In this document: piece by piece, positions 35,528 to 41,442 of the stretch
Position numbering within the stretch: position 1 is the stretch's first letter
Layout of the letters: every line of letters starts with the position of its first letter
NCBI GenBank assembly: GCA_046756745.1
Contig: JBHHWX010000002.1
Span: 1 to 41,442, forward strand
Source: a bacterium
GTDB taxonomy: Bacteria; Zhuqueibacterota; Zhuqueibacteria; Oceanimicrobiales; Oceanimicrobiaceae
Reading direction: 5' to 3'
Length of the DNA: 41,442 bases
Made by a program: the position numbers and the translations under genes
Notes under the pieces: model-generated
Told to the model about the DNA's origin: nothing
Databases searched by the model: none
The model's input: the letters and a program-made list of their open reading frames with translations, nothing else

Positions 35528-38500
35528 ATGAGCCACATTCTTATATCGAAGCTGAGGCGGATAGCAGCAGCCATGTTCCTCGTCGTTATCTTTTGTAGCA
35601 TGATTCCGTCTTTTGTGATATCACAAGAGTCACGCATCGACAAGGAATTTAATTTTGCCAAACAGTTGTTTGACGACAGTTTGTATGTTTTGTCGGCGCA
35701 GCAATTCACAGAATTTGCAAGCTCCTATCCGAATCATGAAAACGCGGATATGGCCTTATTTCTGAGCGGCGAAGCCTTCTATACTGCCGGTAAATACAAA
35801 AAAGCATTCACGGCCTACAAGAATTTGGAGATCCAGTATCCGCAATCCCCAAAGCTTGCACTCGGGAGATACCGGTTAGCCCAGTGCCAATTAAAGCAAA
35901 ATCATTATCTCGAAGCCGGACAGTTGTTTAAACGACTTGCCATTTTCCATCCGGAAAGCGATTTAGCCCCACAAGCCCAACTTGCAGCCGGAAGAGCCTT
36001 TGCAAAGTCGAACGCGCAAAAGAAAGCGTTAAATGAATATTTCCGGGTCGTACAATATTATCCGCATTCTCAGGAACAACTGGAAGCCCGGCTTGAAATT
36101 GTGCAGATTTATTTGCAGCAAAAGAGATACGGAGACGCCATCGCTCAGATCGATGGACTCTTTCGCATTTATGGCGCCGATATGCACGACCCGCGGGTTT
36201 TTTTAGTGCAAGCGCGAGTTTTCGAAGAACTGGGGCAGCACGATAAAGCCGAAAAGCTCTACACAAAGTTAATTGCTGATTTTCCCGACTCTTTTGAATC
36301 GCAGAAAGCGCTCTACTATCTCGGCTGTATTTTTGAGAAGAATGGTGACTTTGAACATGCTTTACTGCAATTCCAAAACATCTCTGATAATAGCGAACAA
36401 CGCGAGTTTTCTTCACAAGTTGCTCTAAAAAGAGGGGACATTTTAACAAAATTTGGACGTTTTGAAGACGCTTTGCAAAGCTATGAGCGGGTCCAATCGG
36501 GATCTCCGCAAATTCGATTTCACGCTGGGCTCAAAAGCGCTGAAATTTACTCGCGACAGAAGAACCCTGCGTTGGCTTCCGATATCCTCGAGAAAATCAT
36601 CAAAACTCTCGAGGGAACCGGTTCTCAAAAAAACCTTATGACGCCACTTCTCGAACAAGCTTATGTCGCCTGGGCGCACGCGTTAACAAAATTGGGTTCG
36701 CTTCGTGAAGCGCTGAACGTGATTGATGAATTTGAAGAAAAATTTCCAAAGAGCCAGCAGAGCCCGGTCATGATTTTTCTTAAAGCTGAAATTTATGAAA
36801 AGTCAAAAAAATTCGATCGGGCTGCCCGGGTCTATGAATCTTTTATAGAAAACTTTAACCAGGACATACGCATCGACGATGCACAGTTCGCTTTAGGCCG
36901 GTGTTACGAGCAGGAAGGCGAATATGGCGAAGCGGTCTTCGAATATGAGAAATACCTCAATAAGTACCCGGCTGGTGACCTTTTTGATGAGGTGAAAAAG
37001 AGAAAGAATATTATCGATGAGACTATTCAGCTCAAAGAAACGACTTCTATCAATTATCTTTCCCATATGCTTAAACAGTTTAGAGACGGAGCCGGTTCGT
37101 CAAATTGGCATTACGAGTTAGGTAAAGTTTATCATGGTCTCAAAGAATTCAAACGTGCAATACAGGAATTAAAACAGGCGCTAAGCGAGGCGCCTGCAGA
37201 CAGTACTAAAAAAGACGATCTCTATTTTTATTTAGCCGATTCATATTACAAAGTGGCATTAAAAAAGCAGCTTACGCAGGGAAAAGAAACCGACTCTGCT
37301 TATTTGGACAGCGCAAAAATCAGTTTATCTTTTTTGACTGAAAATCACCCGAATTCAAAGTGGTCCGAAAGGGCTTTTCTTTTGCTCACCCATATTCGGC
37401 TCGATACTCTCAATAATCCGGCCTACAAGCTTTCTGTCCTGAGTGACATTTACGATGCATGGGTAGCTCGTTTCCCGGACAGTCAAAGTTTAGATTATGT
37501 CATGGTCAAATTAGCGAATAGTCTCATTGCCGCACCCGACTCCGATACAACTCAATTTAAGGAAGCATTGTGGCGTTACCAACGCATCCTTGCTGATTTT
37601 CCCAAAAGCGCTTTTCGAGAAGAGGCGTTCTTTGGCGAGGCCATTGCTTTTGATTCATTACAGGCAGACTCCATGGCGATGTCGAAACTTCACGATTTTG
37701 CCAAAATGTATCCTCAGAGCCGCTTGACTCCGCAATGTTTATTTCGATTAGCGCAGTTACATTCCGAAACCGGAAACGAGAAGAAAGCTATCGAGTATTT
37801 ACAGCTCGTTCTCAGCCGGTTCTTTTATTCCGACGTCGCACGGAAAGCCAAAATTGCCTTAGCTGAGCTGTTTTACAAAATAGGGGATTATCAGTCCTCA
37901 GTTGAACATTTTAACGGTGAAAAACATTTCTCTCTAAACGAGGCGCGCGCGTATGAAGCGCTCGGGGACGATGCAAAAGCGCTTACGAGGTATATTGCCT
38001 TTATTCAAAGCAACCCAAGTCATGAAAATACAATCGACGCGATGCGGGCTGTAGCGCTCATTTCTCGTAAACGAAACAAAACAGCTTTTGCCAAAGAATA
38101 TTACGCCAGCATTATCAACGGAGGCGGTACTTCACTGGATAAATATCTGGCTTATTCCGATTTGGGCGATCTTTTTTTTGAGGAAGGTCTCTATCATGAA
38201 GCTCGTGAGCGCTATTTAAGTGCGATTTCATTATCTGAAACTCGCGCGCGAGAGCGAGTCCCGTGGAGACAAGCGATTCGATGTTTGTACAAACTGAAGA
38301 AATTTACTGCTGCGGAAGCCGATATCAAGAAATTTAAACGCACGTATAAAGATACGAAGAATGAGGAGGGACAGTTTTTAGTTGATAAAGCTCAGGCATA
38401 TCGCGATGAAAAACAATTTGAGCTTGCAATAAAAACCTACAAAAAACTGAAAGGCCGTTTTCAGAAAACAGATTATGGAGCGCTGGGAGAGTTTGGTCTC

Positions 38501-39223
38501 GGCGCCGTTTATCTTATCACGAATCACACGGAAGATGCGCTAAAAATTCTGACTGCCATCCCTTCGAAATATCCCAATAGTGAAGTGACCCCATTAACCT
38601 ATCTTAATTTAGGGGATTTTTATTATAAGTCGCAGCAAATTGAAAATGCCATTCCTGCGTTTAAACAAGTTATCGCTCATCCACAAGCCGGTAAACATGT
38701 CCAAAGCGCTTTACGTTATTTGATTAAGTGCTATAATGATTTAAAGCTGTGGGATCAAGCTATCGTTTACACACGCGAATATTTAGCGAAATACCCACAT
38801 GCTGACGACGGTTTCAGTAAGCAGATCGAAATCGCGAGAAATCTTATGAATTTACGCGAGTACGACCGGGCGCTCGACCGCTTTCAGGCTTTGAAGTTGC
38901 ATGCGGACGCTGAAAGTGAAGCTGAGATACAGTTTTACCTCGGTCAATGTTACAAGGAGATGGGAGATTTTGAGCGAGCGGTATCGGAATATTTAAAAGT
39001 GAAATATTTAACCAAACCAACGAAACTACCTTGGCATGTGACCGCCTTATTTGAGGCAGGCGACTCTTTGCTCCGCCTTGGAGAGGCCGTTCAAGCCAAA
39101 AAAATATTCCAGCGTATTTTAGATGAACAAGGTTTGGAAAGCAATTGGGGACGGTTTGCGCAGCAAAAACTAAACGATCTCACAGATTCGAAGCTGTCTT
39201 ACGAACCAAAAGAACCGTTTTAA
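35528..39223 (+). CDS. Large exported tetratricopeptide-repeat protein
   Basis: Signal peptide followed by TPR pairs over the whole length with recurrent YPxS/FPxS turns (BamD/YbgF-like); start 35528 or 35573. Confidence 0.85.
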   Translation: MSHILISKLRRIAAAMFLVVIFCSMIPSFVISQESRIDKEFNFAKQLFDDSLYVLSAQQFTEFASSYPNHENADMALFLSGEAFYTAGKYKKAFTAYKNLEIQYPQSPKLALGRYRLAQCQLKQNHYLEAGQLFKRLAIFHPESDLAPQAQLAAGRAFAKSNAQKKALNEYFRVVQYYPHSQEQLEARLEIVQIYLQQKRYGDAIAQIDGLFRIYGADMHDPRVFLVQARVFEELGQHDKAEKLYTKLIADFPDSFESQKALYYLGCIFEKNGDFEHALLQFQNISDNSEQREFSSQVALKRGDILTKFGRFEDALQSYERVQSGSPQIRFHAGLKSAEIYSRQKNPALASDILEKIIKTLEGTGSQKNLMTPLLEQAYVAWAHALTKLGSLREALNVIDEFEEKFPKSQQSPVMIFLKAEIYEKSKKFDRAARVYESFIENFNQDIRIDDAQFALGRCYEQEGEYGEAVFEYEKYLNKYPAGDLFDEVKKRKNIIDETIQLKETTSINYLSHMLKQFRDGAGSSNWHYELGKVYHGLKEFKRAIQELKQALSEAPADSTKKDDLYFYLADSYYKVALKKQLTQGKETDSAYLDSAKISLSFLTENHPNSKWSERAFLLLTHIRLDTLNNPAYKLSVLSDIYDAWVARFPDSQSLDYVMVKLANSLIAAPDSDTTQFKEALWRYQRILADFPKSAFREEAFFGEAIAFDSLQADSMAMSKLHDFAKMYPQSRLTPQCLFRLAQLHSETGNEKKAIEYLQLVLSRFFYSDVARKAKIALAELFYKIGDYQSSVEHFNGEKHFSLNEARAYEALGDDAKALTRYIAFIQSNPSHENTIDAMRAVALISRKRNKTAFAKEYYASIINGGGTSLDKYLAYSDLGDLFFEEGLYHEARERYLSAISLSETRARERVPWRQAIRCLYKLKKFTAAEADIKKFKRTYKDTKNEEGQFLVDKAQAYRDEKQFELAIKTYKKLKGRFQKTDYGALGEFGLGAVYLITNHTEDALKILTAIPSKYPNSEVTPLTYLNLGDFYYKSQQIENAIPAFKQVIAHPQAGKHVQSALRYLIKCYNDLKLWDQAIVYTREYLAKYPHADDGFSKQIEIARNLMNLREYDRALDRFQALKLHADAESEAEIQFYLGQCYKEMGDFERAVSEYLKVKYLTKPTKLPWHVTALFEAGDSLLRLGEAVQAKKIFQRILDEQGLESNWGRFAQQKLNDLTDSKLSYEPKEPF

Positions 39224-39333
39224 GTTCTGCCTTTTTTGGTGTATTGAAACTCCCGCGATAAAATCTTTCCTAAAGAGGGAATAACTTCGAGAAAGTAAAG
39301 TATCTTTAAATAACATCATTGGCGTCAATTTTG

Positions 39334-39447
39334 GTAACTATTCAGGCGGTGAGAAGCTTCGGAGTGCAAAACTTTAGTTTTGTACTGTTTCAATAAAAAC
39401 GACAACGCTATAACGTTGCACTCCAATTCTAACGGCTGAATAGTTAA
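39334..39447. mobile_element. Miniature element with TAACTATTCAG terminal inverted repeats enclosing a GGAGTGCAA REP doublet
   Basis: TAACTATTCAG (39335-39345) and CTGAATAGTTA (39436-39446); inner GGAGTGCAAAACTTTAGTTTTGT...ACAACGCTATAACGTTGCACTCC at 39361-39424. Confidence 0.8.
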
Positions 39448-39455
39448 AAACTGCC

Positions 39456-40055
39456 GTGCAGCAGATGAATTCGAAGAACGAGAAGAGTGTCGAGCAGAAC
39501 ATTCAGAAGTCTCTATCGGGCGATCCCAGGGCTTTTGCGTGGATTATCGATAAGTATCAAAAACGTATTTATTTCAGTATCTATCAGATCGTTATGAATC
39601 ATGACGATACGGATGATGTTGTGCAAGAAACGTTTATTAAAGCTTATACGAAGCTGGATACATACGACAGGAGTTATCCGTTTTACCCCTGGCTATACCG
39701 GATAGCGATTAATACATCGATAAATTATCAAAAAAAGAAAATGCGGCATCGAGCGTTATCTCTTGACGAACTGGATAGCAATAACCACCATCGTGACATC
39801 GCGGAGTCTCCCAGCCAGCTTTTCGAATCGGAGAGCAGTGAATTAGTTCTCAGATTGAAAGAAGCTCTTACAAAATTGCCGGCAGAACAACGAGCTGTCT
39901 TTCTTTTAAGAGTACGTGAAGAATTAAGCTATAAAGAAATAAGCGATACTTTAGAAATATCTATCGGAACCGTTATGTCGCGTCTTTCGCGGGCCAGAGA
40001 AAAGTTAAGGATCCATTTACACGGATATTTCGAAACAAAAGATAGTGAGGTCTAA
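39456..40055 (+). CDS. ECF-family RNA polymerase sigma factor
   Basis: DDVVQETFIKAY, WLYRIAIN (region 2), LSYKEISDTLEISIGTVMSRLSRAR (region 4); start 39456 or 39465. Confidence 0.95.
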   Translation: MQQMNSKNEKSVEQNIQKSLSGDPRAFAWIIDKYQKRIYFSIYQIVMNHDDTDDVVQETFIKAYTKLDTYDRSYPFYPWLYRIAINTSINYQKKKMRHRALSLDELDSNNHHRDIAESPSQLFESESSELVLRLKEALTKLPAEQRAVFLLRVREELSYKEISDTLEISIGTVMSRLSRAREKLRIHLHGYFETKDSEV

Positions 40056-40059
40056 TTTC

Positions 40060-41207
40060 ATGAATTGTTTTGATACAGAGCAAAAGCTGGGGAGCTATGT
40101 AGAGCGTGTCTGTTCAGAAGCAGAACGGCATGAAATCGAAGCGCATCTCCAAACGTGTGGGCATTGTACTCAACAGGTAAAAGCTCTTCATCAAATAGAC
40201 ATTTTGCTGAAAAACGAAACCTTTCCGCAACCATCTGAAGAATACTGGCTTGAGTTACCGAAAACCATTATCCGCCGGCTTGGCTTAAGTCAACCTCTCA
40301 CATTTCAGAACAAGGTCTCACAATTTGTTAACGCTCTGGCGGTTCCAAAGCATATTGCGTGGAGCATGACCGGCGCAGTTGCGGTCATGGTGACACTTTT
40401 TTTGATAATGCATAGAGAGCGGCCTATTTCCGGATCCCCGCCGATTGCCGAACAACAGGTTACGCTCGAAGCGTCCGCCTCATCAGGAGAAAATACGAGC
40501 CCGAACAACCCACCCCAGGCGAATTCGATCGCACAGAAGCCCGCCAAGATACCTGGGGCCGTTCCCCAGTTACCGGAAGTGGACAAAGGAACGAACTCGA
40601 AAGAAAAGAGTCGCAAAGCTTCCAATGAGAGCCCCTCGGATTTGGCAATGGAAACCAGGCCCGAGGGACTTCGGAACAAGACTTTTTCAGCGCCTTTGCA
40701 GGGTGTTGCAATCTTGCCGGTTCGACATGATAAACTCATGAAGCCCAAATATGAGCGAGTTGTCTATCCGGTACCTTACATGATGTTCACGACGACAACG
40801 GATTTCGTTCAAGAGGATGACGACAGCCGGCGCCGGGAGATTCAGACTTATTCTTTCGATCACGGGCGCCAGACACCGCGAACACGCCGCCCCGATAAAG
40901 TCAACGACCTCAAAGTCCAAGAAAGCGAATTTTACGAAATTCTGTGGATTGCGCAAGAATCTTATCAGAAAAACGCAATATTTGGTTGTCTTATTTAAGC
41001 CGCGAAACACATCCGACGTTCCGTACATTGGCGATTTTCAATTTAGCCGGGGTCCTCTCGAGAATTGTCGAAGAATCCCAGGAACCTGAAATGGCGCAAG
41101 AAGCGTTAAGCTTTTACAAGAAACATGAGGAATCGTTACGGGTCCAGATGAAACGACGCTATGAAGAGAAAATAGCCTTTTTTAAATCCCTTCTAAAAAG
41201 GGAATAA
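40060..41207 (+). pseudogene. Zinc-finger (zf-HC2/ZAS) transmembrane anti-sigma factor, apparently frameshifted near 40960-40975
   Basis: C...HLQTCGHC motif, TM segment and low-complexity linker in ORF 40060-40998; a protein-like helical C terminus continues in the -1 frame to 41207, just before the terminator. Confidence 0.7.
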
Positions 41208-41250
41208 CGTTTCGAATAGAGACCTTCGGAATCCCCCTCCTCCTTTAGCC

Positions 41251-41288
41251 AAAGAAGGCCGTTGATTTATGAGCGGCCTTCTTTTTTT
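41251..41288 (+). terminator. Intrinsic terminator after the ECF/anti-sigma pair
   Basis: AAAGAAGGCCGTT...AGCGGCCTTCTTTTTTT. Confidence 0.85.
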
Positions 41289-41333
41289 GATTTTGATTTG
41301 ATTGCGATATTTTATAAGGGAGTCAATCAATCA

Positions 41334-41442
41334 TGTTTGAACGAAAACTCGACCCTGATTGTCATACCGCAATCTCCCCGCTTAAAGAATGCGAGGGCAG
41401 GTTTAAGCAGGAATCTCATCCTTTCAAGCACGAGATTCCCAA
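41334..41442 (+). mobile_element. Left end of another TGT(C/T)TGAACGAAAAC element with a different (GTCATACCGC...GGAATCTC...GAGATTCC) cargo, truncated by window edge
   Basis: TGTTTGAACGAAAACTCGA matches 30934-30952 at 18/19 nt, then diverges. Confidence 0.7.

Overview
Bacterial chromosomal window of moderate GC, almost all genes on the + strand. The gene set (SusC/SusD, lipoproteins, OM barrels, very long TPR proteins) points to a diderm of the FCB superphylum, possibly KSB1/Calditrichota-like; this is inference. Left (1-10.8 kb): end of a SusC/SusD locus followed by two PHP metallohydrolases, a GH18, an unannotated Cys-His (NlpC/P60-like) lipoprotein, a NagX/HGSNAT membrane protein and NamZ, which together look like a peptidoglycan/amino-sugar scavenging locus. 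11-17 kb: DUF302-tyrA-aroA-aroE-aroC-aroK-aroQ. 17-28.4 kb: lon and an unknown 166-aa gene, each behind a sigma54-type promoter, then an OM beta-barrel fused to a CpoB-like TPR, an output-less REC-PAS-GAF-GAF protein and a complete RsbV/RsbW/two-PP2C partner switch with no adjacent sigma factor or kinase. 29-41 kb: site-2 protease, D-cysteine desulfhydrase-like enzyme, MTH1187 protein, CPBP protease, mltG, pcrA/uvrD, a ~1230-aa TPR protein, and an ECF sigma with a frameshifted zinc-finger anti-sigma. Most long intergenic regions hold small non-coding elements built the same way: an outer pair of terminal inverted repeats enclosing an inner REP-like palindrome doublet, with shells and cargoes in different combinations and no transposase in the window. 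No rRNA, tRNA or CRISPR array was found.
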